Part shown: positions 13,811 to 25,440 of the stretch, in pieces
Numbering within the stretch: position 1 is the stretch's first letter
How the letters are laid out: each line of letters starts with the position of its first letter
DNA from: Obrimoposthia wandeli
Lineage: Eukaryota
Length of the DNA: 64,000 nucleotides
Direction: 5' to 3'
Assembly: GCA_977020255.1 (NCBI GenBank)
Contig: CDROCS010002560.1
Span: 558,001 to 622,000 of the forward strand
Notes under the pieces: model-generated
Told to the model about the DNA's origin: nothing
The model's database searches: none
Seen by the model: only the letters and a program-made list of their open reading frames with translations
Program-made: the position numbers and the translations under genes

Positions 13811-14499
13811 CGTGACTTAATTTCAAATAAAACTCGAAATAAAGTTAAATGAAATAAAATAATTATTAATAAAAATGATTATGTTGATAATGATGTTGCG
13901 GTGATGAGGATTAGGTTGAAAATATGAATAATGTGAATAATAATAATTTATGTATCCATGTTAATGATTGTCATTGATGCATAAAACAATAATTACATGG
14001 TTGCTAATCTAATTAGAAAAATTAACGGAAAAAATAATAATCGAAGAAAGAATCGAAAGATATTTAAATACAAATCAATCAACAATTCTGAAACCATAAA
14101 TCAACCGTCCAGCAACTTCAATCTAACCAGACAAACTACTGATATCATTATCGACAAATCTGTGATAATCCATCCTGCTAATAAACTACAGCTATTCGCA
14201 ATTCTTGATATCATAATACACAAAACCCCCACAATAATTTTGGTGCCCAAATAAAATCAACCGAACAAATGCAACAAAACTCTCTTCAAGCAAACTGAAA
14301 ATTACTTTGGATCGTTAAAGTTTAACCAGGTAACAATTGAATTGCCATTCTATCATAATATTAATATTGATCAATTAAGATTCATCATTATTTTTATCTT
14401 TAAAATCAGTAATAAAAATTATATTTTTTATTTGCAATTGCAATTTACAATTTAAATTGATATACCAGTTATATTTGGAGACAGAATATACAAAATTTG

Positions 14500-14970
14500 C
14501 AATTTATATTTGAAGCAGAATTTACAATTTATATTTGAAGCAGAATTTACAATTTATATTTGAAAACAGAATTTACATTTATATTTGAAAAAATCGAAAA
14601 TTATATTTGAAAGCAGAATTTACAATTTAAATTGATACACCAGTTATATTTGGAAACAGAATCACAAATTATATTTGAAAGCAGAATTTACAATTTATAT
14701 TTGAAGCAGAATTTACAATTTATATTTGAAGCAGAATTTACAATTTATATTTGAAAGCAGAATTTACGATATAAATTTGAAAACAGAATTTACTTTTATA
14801 TTTGAACAAATCGCAAATTATATTTGAAAGCAGAATTTACAATTTAAATTTATACACCAGTTATATTTGGAAACAGAATCACAAATTATATTTGAAAGCA
14901 GAATTTACAATTTATATTTGAAAGCAGAATTTACGATATAAATTTGAAAACAGAATTTACATTTATATTT
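14500..14970. repeat. ~25-bp minisatellite GCAGAATTTACAATTTATATTTGAA with higher-order variants
   Basis: Many direct copies read directly. Confidence 0.9.
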
Positions 14971-15834
14971 GTTAAGAGAATATATTATTTGTCTAGGAAA
15001 TTATTTTGTTATTGCTTAGGTAGATATACCCTAACTTAACATAGCTAGATTCCCTGATCTATTGCTCAATATATCAGTATTTTAAATGATCATTCACCAA
15101 CAAATGAATTGTTCCAAAAACGTAAAAGCAAACAGACCCCTGCTCATTTTTTGTAACTTTTCCTTAAATCTTGATACTTTTGTTAGGATTAGGATTTTAA
15201 TAATTTTCAAAAAATAATTATTTATTTATAAAGGAAAATAAATCCTTGAAGTAAGGTTAAAAAATAAAATAAAATTGAAAACAGAAATTAAAATTAAATA
15301 TAATAGAATGAAAAGTATTTTAGGACCTTGAAGAGGTCAAGTGTTTAATGTGCTGGATATAAAGAAAAGTTTAGGGCCCAAAAAGGAAATCAAAATATTA
15401 ATTAACAATAAGAAAAGCAGTCAGTATCAATTAAGGAGCAAGGGAAAATCTACGATAAACTTGAAGACATAGAAGCACGCTGAGAATCTACCAGTTGCCG
15501 CTGTCTAGTAAGTACATTAATTATTTGACGAGTTTACTGCACTTAGGAGAATTAGAAACAACTACTGGGAAGCAGACAGCTGAATCAATCGCGGAACCTA
15601 CTCAAGCCACTGAAATCGTGACACGCTATATAAAGCAGGAAGAGTCACTCGGGAAAACACAAAAGTTGAAATTGTAGCACGGTCACTCGTTTGGAGAAAT
15701 AGGCGAGTTAAAAGAGTTTTCATAGAAAATCTTTACATTGAATTATAGACGTGATTAATAAAGAAACCAAATTGTATTATCCTAGAAGAGCGAAAGTGTA
15801 TTCTCAATAAAAGAACAGAAGACGTGAAGTAACA
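14970..15834 (+). mobile_element. Possible LTR of an unassigned LTR retrotransposon, followed by a repeat-containing leader to ~16480
   Basis: The minisatellite breaks at TGTTAAG (14970). TATATAAA (~15626), AATAAA (~15757 and ~15806) and ...GTAACA (15834) follow. No TSD or PBS confirmed. Confidence 0.3.
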
Positions 15835-16489
15835 CCAGAAGACGTCAAGGACACAACGGGATTACTAGCCGCGGGAAGACTGGATTACCGAGGTGATCGG
15901 ACAGGAGGTCTCATTGATCGAACCCCAGTTATTCGAGGTAAGCCGAGTCGGACTTGGTTCTAGTAAAAGTTAATTGTTCACATAAACTAGTAAAATAAAA
16001 TTGTTTTTCTATTCAGTGAAAATCATAAATTGTTCGTATATTGTATTAAAGTGAATTACTCGAATAAATTAGTAAAAATTAATTGTTCGCGTAATTTAGT
16101 AAAAGATTGTATTAAAGTGAATTACTCGGATAAATTAGTAAAAAATAATTTTTCACGTATTGTTCGTCTATATTTAGTAAAAGATAATTGGTCGTATATT
16201 CAGTTCAATTAAAGTTTTACATTAAAGTCGATAAAAAGTTTTAAATAATTACAGCTAAAACTAAAAGATTTGTTGGGGTTAAGGGACTACATTTAAAATT
16301 AAAAGTAGTTGATTATTAAAGAAAAGTATTTGATTATTAAAGAAGTTGATTTTCGAAGAATTAAGTGTATTCTAAATTGACTCTTATTGACGATATAAAG
16401 GAATTTGATTATTAAATAAGTTATTTTTAGAAGACTTCGATTGTAACATAAATTGATTCGAAGTTTGAACTAAACCCTTAAAATCGCAT

Positions 16490-16880
16490 AAAAAGATGTT
16501 ATAATAATTGATGATTTGTATCAGAAGGCTAACAAGGAATCTGACTTTAATAATTTATTTACAAAGATTGCAAGACTTCGTGAAGTAACAGTTATATTTA
16601 TCACTCAAAATCTGTTTCACCAATGAGGTCACCATAGAACAAGAAATCTTAATGTACATTACTTAATTTTATTTAAAAATCCTAGAGATCAAATAGTTGT
16701 TGATTTTGTGGTCAGACAGGCATTTCCTCAAAATAAGAACTTTCTAGTTGATTCATTCCACGATGCTGTTAACAAGCACATGGGTATATATTTATTGACT
16801 TTACACAAGCTTACCCAGATGATTTATGTGTTTTAACCGACATATTTAATTCTAAGGGAGTAACTGTTTATAAACAAATA
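16490..16880 (+). pseudogene. Polinton packaging ATPase, C-terminal half
   Basis: IIDDLY (Walker B)..FTKIARLREVTVIFITQNLFHQ*..LFKNPRD..RQAFP; in-frame stop; Walker A half missing. Confidence 0.85.
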
Positions 16881-17033
16881 GAGAACAATTATAAAAGATA
16901 AATTTACAATGCCTTTTAAGAAGTTGATAGTAAAACGTAAAGTAAAATCTAAGAAATCAAAATAAATAATCATTAAAAAAAACAGGTGAAAAAATTAATC
17001 AAATCTGTAGTTAGAAATTTAAAAAAAAATTAA

Positions 17034-17408
17034 ATGGCTTTGAATATAAACAATATTCAAATTAAACCTTTTTATTAAAATGAAGAAAATACAAAGAAGC
17101 ATACCCTATTTTAAAGCTTTAGTCAAAGCCTCTTCTAATAAGAGAATGATTATTCTTAAAGCATTTATATCTTTTGTTGTAGATGATTTATTGGATGTTT
17201 TGTATAATATATTTTTGGGTCGAGTAAAAGTTGAAAAACGGTAAAATATATTAAAGAAATAAAGAAATAATTTTCTAGATATTTCTAATGTAAAAGTAAA
17301 AAAAAGAAACGAAATATTATTCTTAAACAGAATGGTGGTTTCATAGGGGCTGTTATTCCAGTTGTTGCTTCAATTATCAGTAGTATTATAGCTGCGACAC
17401 GTTCATAA
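17034..17408 (+). pseudogene. Small conserved Polinton ORF ending in a QNGGFIGLLFPVVASII hydrophobic tail
   Basis: Lies between ATPase and integrase; the basic stretch plus QxGGF-hydrophobic tail is typical of Polinton core-like proteins. Frameshifted. Confidence 0.55.
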
Positions 17409-17440
17409 ACAATTATTTCTAAAATCAGCTAAAGATATGG

Positions 17441-18522
17441 GTGCTAACCCTTCTTTACCTAAATTTAAATCTTCTATCTATTCAAATTGTTGTAAAGGAG
17501 AAGATATTGTTCAATCCAAAAGATCCAATTGGCTACATAGGAGTTTCAAAATTAGCAAAAAGAACAAAACAAAATTACAAGAAAACACAAAAATGGCTGA
17601 GCGACCAGTTAGTCTACAGTCTGAACAAGCCGATGATAAGAAGGTTTCTAACTAGAGCTTACAAAACCAGCGGTCCTAATAATTTATAGCAAATGGATTT
17701 GATGGAGATGATCCCATATTCTTCCATTAATAAGGGATATCGATATATTTTAACATGTATTGATGTATTTAGCAGGTTTGCTCGTGCAATTCCAGTTAAA
17801 GCAAAGTCTTCAATAGCTATCCTTGAAGCCATTAAGGAAATATTAAAAGAGGACATTTCACAAAATGTGCAAACTGATTTAGGAAATAATTTTATAATAA
17901 GCAAGTTCAATCATTATTTAAACAAAATAATATAAATCATTACTCTGTGTTTTCACAATACAAAGCAGCAGTAGTAGAAAGATTTAATCGTACTCTAAGA
18001 GATCGAGTAAAAAAGTATTTCACAAAAGAAGGAAATAAAAAATAGATCCAAGTTTTACCTAAAATAATACATGCATATAATCACTCTGAACATAGAGGTC
18101 TCAAGGGAATGAGACCTGTTGATGTTACTAATAAAAACTCTATGGAGATTTGGATGAACAGGAATAAAAGAGAAAAAATTAAAAAAGCTAAATATAAGAA
18201 AAACGAATATGTTCGAATTTCGAAAATTAGCTTTACTCCATTTATTAAAAACTTTTATCAGAATTTGAGCGATGAAATATTTTGTATAAGTAAAATTGAT
18301 CAAAAGAGTAATCCAATAATGTATACTATTAAAGATGCTGACAATAATATCGTTCACGGTAAATTCTACGAGCAAGAACTACAAGTAATATCAAATAAAC
18401 CGAGCGTTTTCCGTATTCAAAAAATATTAAAATCTAAGGGTGCCGGTAAACATAAACAATACTATGTTAAATGGCATGGTTATTCAGATCCAACTTGGAT
18501 ATCAGCATCTAATATAATATAA
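17441..18522 (+). pseudogene. Polinton retroviral-like integrase with C-terminal chromodomain
   Basis: QMDL..YRYILTCIDVFSRFARAIPVK..QTDLG..KAAVVERFNRTL..YNHS.H..RPVDV..KFYEQELQ..YYVKWHGY..TWI; split by a stop and frameshifts (ORFs 17441, 17693, 18109). Confidence 0.95.
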
Positions 18523-18527
18523 AGTCT

Positions 18528-19560
18528 ATGTATATGGTTTTACCTAGTAACGGATGTCCGAAGACTCAACCAGATAATTACGCTAGTAGCTTTATTATCG
18601 ATTGGGAAAATTCTATAAATCTCCAAGGAGAATGGGAAGCGGCTTTAACAGAATTTTCTTTTTATTATTCTCCAATTACTATAAAAAAACTCACATATTT
18701 CGTTTACAAAAGAAGTTGATCATGAAAATCAATTGAAGTTATGATTGGGTTTGATAGTAAAGGAAAATTATATTACAATTGTATAGATAAAGAAGTGAAA
18801 GTAATTTATGAAAAAAACAAAGTCAGATTTAAAAATCGACTAAAACCTTTTTCAAAACCTATTCAAATTATATTTGGATCTAATAGAGAAGCTCTTCAAT
18901 TCGGTTTTGACAGTGTACATGTAGTAGGTATGAAGAGATCTGATATAGCCTCATTTAAATCGTTTAAAAATGTTCCTGATAGAGTAACAAAAGTGTTTTT
19001 AAGTTGAAACGAGACCACAGTATGTAGTGGAACTGAAAATGTTTTCAAAAGATTATATATTAAATAGTGAAGTGAATTTCTGTAAATTAATACAGAAGGA
19101 ATTTAGTGAATTTTTCGATAAATGTGTAACATTAAAAAATGGTAAAATAACGTTTACAGTAAAGAGCAATATAAAACGAGTTTCATTTGATGATAAACTC
19201 GCTAAAAACCTTGGTTTAAACAGAAATACATTTGAAACCCATACAATAAAAACCATAAAAGCTAAAAATAAGGCAAAACTTTTATATGTTGTAAAGCATT
19301 TATATATTTATACTAATTTAATAGAATCAACGCTTGTAGGAGGACAGCGAGTTCCACTTTTGAGAACAATATGGATATCTAAAAAGGAAACTAGAGATGG
19401 GGACGCTGTCGGTATGTGTATAGATCAACCAATGTATCTTCCAGTTTCTCTCTTTTCTATAAACAATATTGAAGTAAATATTAGAGATGATTCCGGACAA
19501 CTAATAGATTTCACGTACGGGGCCAAGAAAACAAAATGGCGAATCCAGCAATAATTGAAG
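18528..19560 (+). pseudogene. Polinton minor capsid (penton-like) protein
   Basis: N-terminal YMVLPSN..NYASSF..LQGEWEAALTEFSF and C-terminal LYIYTNLIE..VGG..PLLR..PMYLPV..IEVNIRDDSG; broken into three ORFs. Confidence 0.85.
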
Positions 19561-20862
19561 CTTATAGTCAAAGCCAACAAGGTGGAGAATTACCATATTT
19601 TGTTGGTAAACAATATGGATCTGGCTGGCTTAGAACATTAGGTAGATTTGACTTTCCTCTTTTAAAGAGACTCGGGTGATTTATATCAAAATAAGAAAGG
19701 ATTACCTTTCATCTAAGGACAATAAACTAATACCAATTTTTAAGAGCATGCACTTGATGAACTTAGTAGGTAGATGTGGCACTTCTGGCACAAAGCCCCA
19801 CACCCTGAGGACAAGTTCAGGTCAAATTGAGGACAAAAAATCTAGGTCAAGTGAGGACAAAAATTTTGAGGTCAACTTAAAGTCACGGTGAGGTCAAGAT
19901 GTGGGTCATGACCTCATGAGGTCATGGGAAAATCTAGGTCATGACCTCATAAGGTCACGGGCATGTCCTCATGAGGTCATGGGGGAAATCTAGGTCATGA
20001 CCTCATAAGGTCAAGGTCATCGGAAAAATCTAGATCATGTCCTCATGAGGTCAAGGTCTAGGTCATGAGCTCATATGCTAACTATGAGCCCAAGGTTATT
20101 TTCAAGATTCATGAGCCCATGTGCTCACTATGAGCTCATGTCATGAAAGATAGACATTTAACCACATCATCTAAAAGGATTATTATTAATCAATTATAAA
20201 TAGATGATTATTCAAATAATGTTTGAAAAAACACAATAGAGGGACAATAATCAATAGATATTTGCTCTTCTATTGTGTTTTCTAAACATATATAATCGAA
20301 TTAAATCAACAAAAATAAACCTTACTCGATATTGGGAGCAGCAGCAGCATAAAATATAAATAAAATAAAAATTTACCTGAATACTGCAGCTAAATCCAAT
20401 TCAGCAGCAGAACTGTTTATATTCACCGCACACATAGTCCAATACAAGCCAGAGAAAATCTCTGCCTTGTATTGAAGTGTACAGTAGGGAAGAGAAAATC
20501 ACACACTTACACAGATGTGATTTACAAATAATTACAAATAATTACACTTATTTGCAATATTTGTACACGTGACGTGCTTTGTCCCTTTGTGAATTATTTC
20601 TTTTCACATGTTGAGGACATGAGTCTTTCAAGACAACGACTATGAGTACATGGTTACTCACTCTAAAACTTTATTATTTCAAAATCAATTACTTTTAAAA
20701 CAAAGTAATAAAAAATGTACAAAATTTATTTACCTAAATTAAGCTATGTAAATTCCATCTAATATGTTTTCCATTTGCTTACATCACCAATACATGTGTG
20801 TGTGTGTGTGAATAATTAGACAGATGTTGACACTTGGAAACAGAATTAAATGTATGTATGTA

Positions 20863-21904
20863 TGTTGGGTCTTTAATTAAAATTAAATTAATTAAGAAAG
20901 TCAATTTAAATTGACATTTTATAAACTAATCTAAAGTGCCCACAATTAGGGAGGTTTTTCAAATTTCAGCCTCCGACGGGTTGTTAGCCCGTTTCGCCCT
21001 GCCGGGCTCTTCAGGAAGGCGGCTATTTTTTGATAAGAAATAAAAAGTGGTTTTGACCACCAAAGATTTTCCGCCCAGTCTCCCAGCCTAGCAGCAGATC
21101 TTCGCTACCGGGATTTTGCGGATCGGGTTTTTGACAATCTGCCAATGTGTCCAACCGGCCACCCGACCATTCGCCATCACCGTCGACATAGTTCTGCACC
21201 CAGTCGCTATCTGCAGCCGATCTGATTTTCGCCTACCCAACCACCCAACTAACAATTCTTCACTTTGGCGACAGTACATGCCATTTACTCTCTCGGTCGG
21301 CCCTCTTTTCCCAATGCGGTCTCACCTTCATCTCTTTGCTGACATTAATTGGAAAGTTACGGTTTCTTTATTTCTATTTTGAATCCCCATTTTAAATGTT
21401 CTATTGTGTATCTACAATTCCCCGGATTCGCCCCTTTCTTTTTCTGTGTGTGCTTATTCAAATTTATCTATTACTTTAGCTGTTATGTTCGAATATTTGG
21501 TGTGGAAGTGCAATACCGGGCGACCGATTTCTATTGGGTTTGGCGTGATCTGTAGGCGAATCAACTTCTAGTGTCTCCAGTTGACATTTGGACGATTGCT
21601 ATTTATAGCAATCGTCGTGTCGATTTTGATAATAAAATTATTAGCAGTTAAAAATTTGTCTTATTGATTACAAATTATAACATTTGTTTCTACAAATAAA
21701 AATTCTTAATTTATTAACTTATCAATTGTATGGAAAATATATGATAAACACAAAACAAATTTACTTGGATTTTTGATCGTTCCTGATAAAAAGTATTTTG
21801 GAATTGGATTTTTGATCGCTCCTGTTGAACGAAACACAAAAAACAAATTTACTAGGATTTTTGATCGTTCCTGTTGAAAAGCAATATCCTCAAAAACTAT
21901 AACA
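20863..21904 (-). mobile_element. LTR-like unit A carrying a hammerhead ribozyme; 4-bp TSD TGTA
   Basis: Ends are TGTTGGGTC...CTATAACA, with TGTA at 20859-20862 and 21905-21908. The opposite TIR arm (~26790-26830) shows the empty site. Confidence 0.85.
20969..21020 (-). ncRNA. Type I hammerhead ribozyme (copy A)
   Basis: Minus strand GCCUUC-CUGAAGA-GCCC(GGCA)GGGC-GAAAC-GGG(CUAACAA)CCC-GUC-GGAGGC has the full core and three paired stems. Predicted cut at 20974/20975. Confidence 0.9.
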
Positions 21905-22494
21905 TGTATGTATATGTAAACATATTTGATTACTAGTAGATTAACAAATACATCAGATGACATCCCTTGCACGTATATAAAATAAAGTTTAATCATGAAT
22001 GTATGCATGTGGGTATGTTTGTATGTAAAGCTTAATCATGTATGTATGTGTAACTACATCATATCAATAAATTTGTTTTAATGCATCAATTCCAATGCCC
22101 GAAAATTCAAATATATGTTTGTTATGGTTACAAGTATTTGTGATTTTTGCTACATCATAACAAGATATATTTACTAAAATGTGGACATAACTTCATCTTC
22201 TCTTGTCATCTAATGTTTTCTAAAGAAACTATGTAATCTTAGATGTTAAACTGAAATTAAAAATAGATCAATATTCTACATGTTATTGATTACAGATATT
22301 AAATCTCGATTAAGGTATTGATATTTCTAATGTAGAATTGAAACTTGGAATATATATATCATAAAACTACTAAGGTTATTCATAATAATTTATCAATATA
22401 ACTTGTATTCATAGATTTTATCATGCTTACAAAGTGTTATGTATTACTATCATTAGAAAATTATAGCTAAAGTAGATATCAAATATCAAATATC

Positions 22495-22762
22495 AACCTT
22501 TCTCCACAACCAATTCTCCCGAGTACGCCAAGATCATTCCAAGGTCATTCCATTCTTTTGTTTAAATGCATCATTTTTGGTGCTTTTCAAAATTTCATAA
22601 TTTATTTTTGGCGCCAAAAATATTTTTGAAATTTTGAATTTGGCGCCAAAAATAAATTATGAAATTTTGAAAAGCACCAAAAATGATGCATTTAAACAAA
22701 AGAATGGAATGACCTTGGAATGATCTTGGCGTACTCGGGAGAATTGGTTGTGGAGAAAGGTT
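22495..22762. repeat. Perfect fold-back, ~124-bp arms with ~20-nt loop
   Basis: 22495-22618 is the reverse complement of 22639-22762, with no mismatch seen. Confidence 0.95.
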
Positions 22763-22840
22763 AGGGTTATGGGTATGGCTTAGGGTTAGGGCTATGGCTG
22801 GGGTTAGGGTTAGGGATATGGGCGTGGTTAGGGTTAGGGT
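22761..22840 (+). repeat. Degenerate telomere-like (TTAGGG)n tract
   Basis: GGTTAGGGTTATGGG..TTAGGGTTAGGG..GGGGTTAGGGTTAGGG..GGTTAGGGTTAGGG. Confidence 0.85.
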
Positions 22841-22963
22841 GCTTTATAATTTGAGAGTTTCATTATGTCTTATTCATATATCCTTATATAGAACTCACAC
22901 GAGATATAAACAAAATGAGTAATTATAACATACATTTATGAATACAACCAAACAAATCCTCAA

Positions 22964-22993
22964 CCAATCATGTGAGGTTAGATAGAATATAAA
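22964..22993 (+). promoter_or_regulatory. Putative CCAAT (22964) and TATA (22988) promoter of the central ORF
   Basis: CCAAT, then TATAAA ~30 nt before ATG 23020; AATAAA at 23540 lies just after the stop. Confidence 0.4.
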
Positions 22994-23019
22994 CAATTCA
23001 GCCATTATTTCTGATCACA

Positions 23020-23523
23020 ATGTTGATAAACATCGAGAAGAAGATAGCAATATCAGTGAAGAGGATCAATTCCATTGCATTGAAGAAAAGAAGCAAGAAA
23101 CAGTCTATGGATTTTATTAAACAATTAGATATCTTCAGTGATCTCATCAAATTGAAGAAACCGAAATTTCAAGATCCTTATCATAAATTCGTATGGGATA
23201 TGTATTTACTTGAAAATCCTATAACATACCACTTCTCCAATCATGTCAATGTAACGAAAATCAAGTTTGACTATATCATCAGAGATATCTATGAAGAAGA
23301 TGTTATACAATTGAATGAACTCATGCAACAATTGGATATTGGATATAAAATCCATAGAAATTCTATATTGGTGAGAGCTGATGAAGGTATTTTTGCAGAT
23401 TATTGGAATGTTGAAAAGGATATGAAAAATGGAAAATGGACTCTATTCATAATGATTCAAGGATTTATGACCAAATGTGATGGAAGTTTAAAACCTATAT
23501 GGAAGATTACGAAGGATGTATAA
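23020..23523 (+). CDS. Uninterrupted 167-aa ORF of unknown function in the spacer of the non-autonomous element
   Basis: Open, non-repetitive protein-like composition, flanked by TATA and polyA signals. It is the only long ORF between the arms. No family recognised with confidence. Confidence 0.55.
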   Translation: MLINIEKKIAISVKRINSIALKKRSKKQSMDFIKQLDIFSDLIKLKKPKFQDPYHKFVWDMYLLENPITYHFSNHVNVTKIKFDYIIRDIYEEDVIQLNELMQQLDIGYKIHRNSILVRADEGIFADYWNVEKDMKNGKWTLFIMIQGFMTKCDGSLKPIWKITKDV

Positions 23524-25019
23524 TGTTATAGAAATTAATAATAAATATTTATGTTTTATCTTACGAATTTATGTCCAAATATAGACATATGCACATGCAC
23601 CAACTTCCCTTGTTCTTGTTATCCAATTAGAAGCTTGCAATATTTAGTCAATACTTGCATCAACCAATCAGAACATGGACATCTTTACATATATTATGTG
23701 TAAATATAAATATGTTCAGCAACTCTCCATAAACATCTTAACCACCATGAGATTTTCCTCTTCTTAACCCTATAAAATAATCTATTTTTAGTAACATTGT
23801 ATCATCTATTCTTATTGGTTAATCTGAGTCTCAGTTTTATATAAACAAAGATATATTTAAATAAACATGTAAGCTGATTTATAGCAACGTCATCATATTA
23901 TTCATGGAAACTCAAGAAGAAAAATCCAATATTATGATGTCATTTTCCGGAATATCAATGGATCAATGTCTACCCAACTGAATTACAATGGAATATACAA
24001 GATTGCACCCTGTGGCTTAGTGACTTCTGTTTGGACTCTATGGAATTAACTAATAAAGGTACGTATTTTCTCCTTTATATTTATTAATATTTTATAAGAA
24101 GTTCGAAAGTTAAGGATATATTGATGCGAATATTGATATTTATTGAATTAGATGATTTATGAAACGCTAGTAATGAATAGTAATATCTTAATAAAATGGT
24201 GAGAAACTATGCTATCTTTAGAAATATTAAACCTAGCCCCTAGATTCAATAATCAGTAGCTACTTGATAAAATAGATTAATCAATAAAATAGTTATGATG
24301 AATTATTGTTAAGGTTTTATTAGGATTTACAACATGTGTTATGATATAGATGAAATATGTGTATTATCGATAATTTTGGTATAAGATTCTTTGTATGCGA
24401 GCTTGTATGATAATCAAAACATCTAAGTCTTCTCTATATTTAACTATATTATTCCATTTTATAGTTTAAATCTCAATGACACATTAGAAAAATCATTATT
24501 CCTATTATCAACCACTTTATGATGGTTGATGATAGTGAGATTAGATGTTGATAATATTGATAAGTTCAGTTTTTCAATAATCAATATGTATGGAAATATA
24601 TGAATTTATGGTATTTGGTAATTTCTCTGAAAGTTAGGGATGAAAGTTTTTGAAAGAAGATTCATGATAGAGATGTTAGAAGATATGGATAGATATGTCT
24701 CGATTTATTGATTATTAGATTCATTCTTATAAAATTTCCAATGTTTTCCTTTACACCCTAACCTGATTATCTAACTCAAAAGTCTTAATATCTTAGTTTT
24801 TACAACAAAATGTTTAAAGTTAAACAACTACAACGTTGAATATTTTAAACAACTGCAACGTAGAATATTTCAATCAATCAACATTGATGTATAAGTAATG
24901 TTAAATTATGTCTGTTATTTAAAAAACATCATTTATGAATGCTTTAATGAAAGAGGTAGGGTTGATATTGGTCTGATTCTATGCTATTCTTTCCTTAAAC
25001 CCTAATACTTGTTATATTT

Positions 25020-25440
25020 TTTCATCTTAAACCTCTTAACATCCATGAGATTATCGTAACTACCACGTTATTTTCCTCCTTAAACCTCTCAACTTCCATG
25101 AGAATTCCCTAACTACTGGAAGATTTCCCTAATTACCATGAGATTTCCTCAACTATCATGGGATTATGCTAACTTTCATGTTATTTTCCTCCTTGAACCG
25201 CTCAACTTCCATGAGAATTCCCTAACTACTACAAGATTTCCCTAACTTCCATTAGATTTTCCTATCATGGGATTATCCTAACTTCCACGTTATTTTCATC
25301 CTTACACCACTCAACTTCCATGATATTTCCCTAACTTCCACGTTATTTTCCTCCTTAAACCATTCAACTTCCGTGAGAATTCCTTAACTTCCACGTTATT
25401 TTCCTCCTTAAACCACTCAACTTTCACGTGAGTTCCCTGT
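25020..25440. repeat. Degenerate ~40-bp tandem repeat (TTTTCCTCCTTAAACCACTCAACTTCCATGAGAATTCCCTAACT-like)
   Basis: Repeated units read directly. Confidence 0.8.

Larger units (their letters stand above)
19765..22495 (+). repeat. Left inverted arm (contains LTR-like insertion 20863-21904)
   Basis: Reverse-complement match to 25964-28850 followed by eye, segment by segment. Confidence 0.9.

Noticed and set aside
13997-14330. Possible gag zinc-knuckle remnant
   Set aside because: Only a partial, stop-ridden C..H pattern; too weak to call.
14500-14970. CRISPR-like appearance of the 25-, 27- and 32-bp arrays (also 27605-27775 and 41913-42140)
   Set aside because: The units are head-to-tail with no unique spacers, there are no cas genes, and the context is a spliced eukaryotic genome.
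20863-21904. Helitron/Helentron interpretation of cassettes A-C (hairpin plus captured gene fragment)
   Set aside because: Exact 4-bp TSDs and TGT..ACA ends do not fit Helitrons, and the hairpin is ~300-400 bp internal in A and B rather than sub-terminal.
22761-22840. True chromosome end
   Set aside because: The tract is short, degenerate and internal to an element bounded by an intact TSD.
23560-23700. QEQGKLVHVH on the minus strand as an HUH/parvoviral Rep motif
   Set aside because: It is flanked by stops within ~20 codons and no other Rep motifs are present; likely chance.
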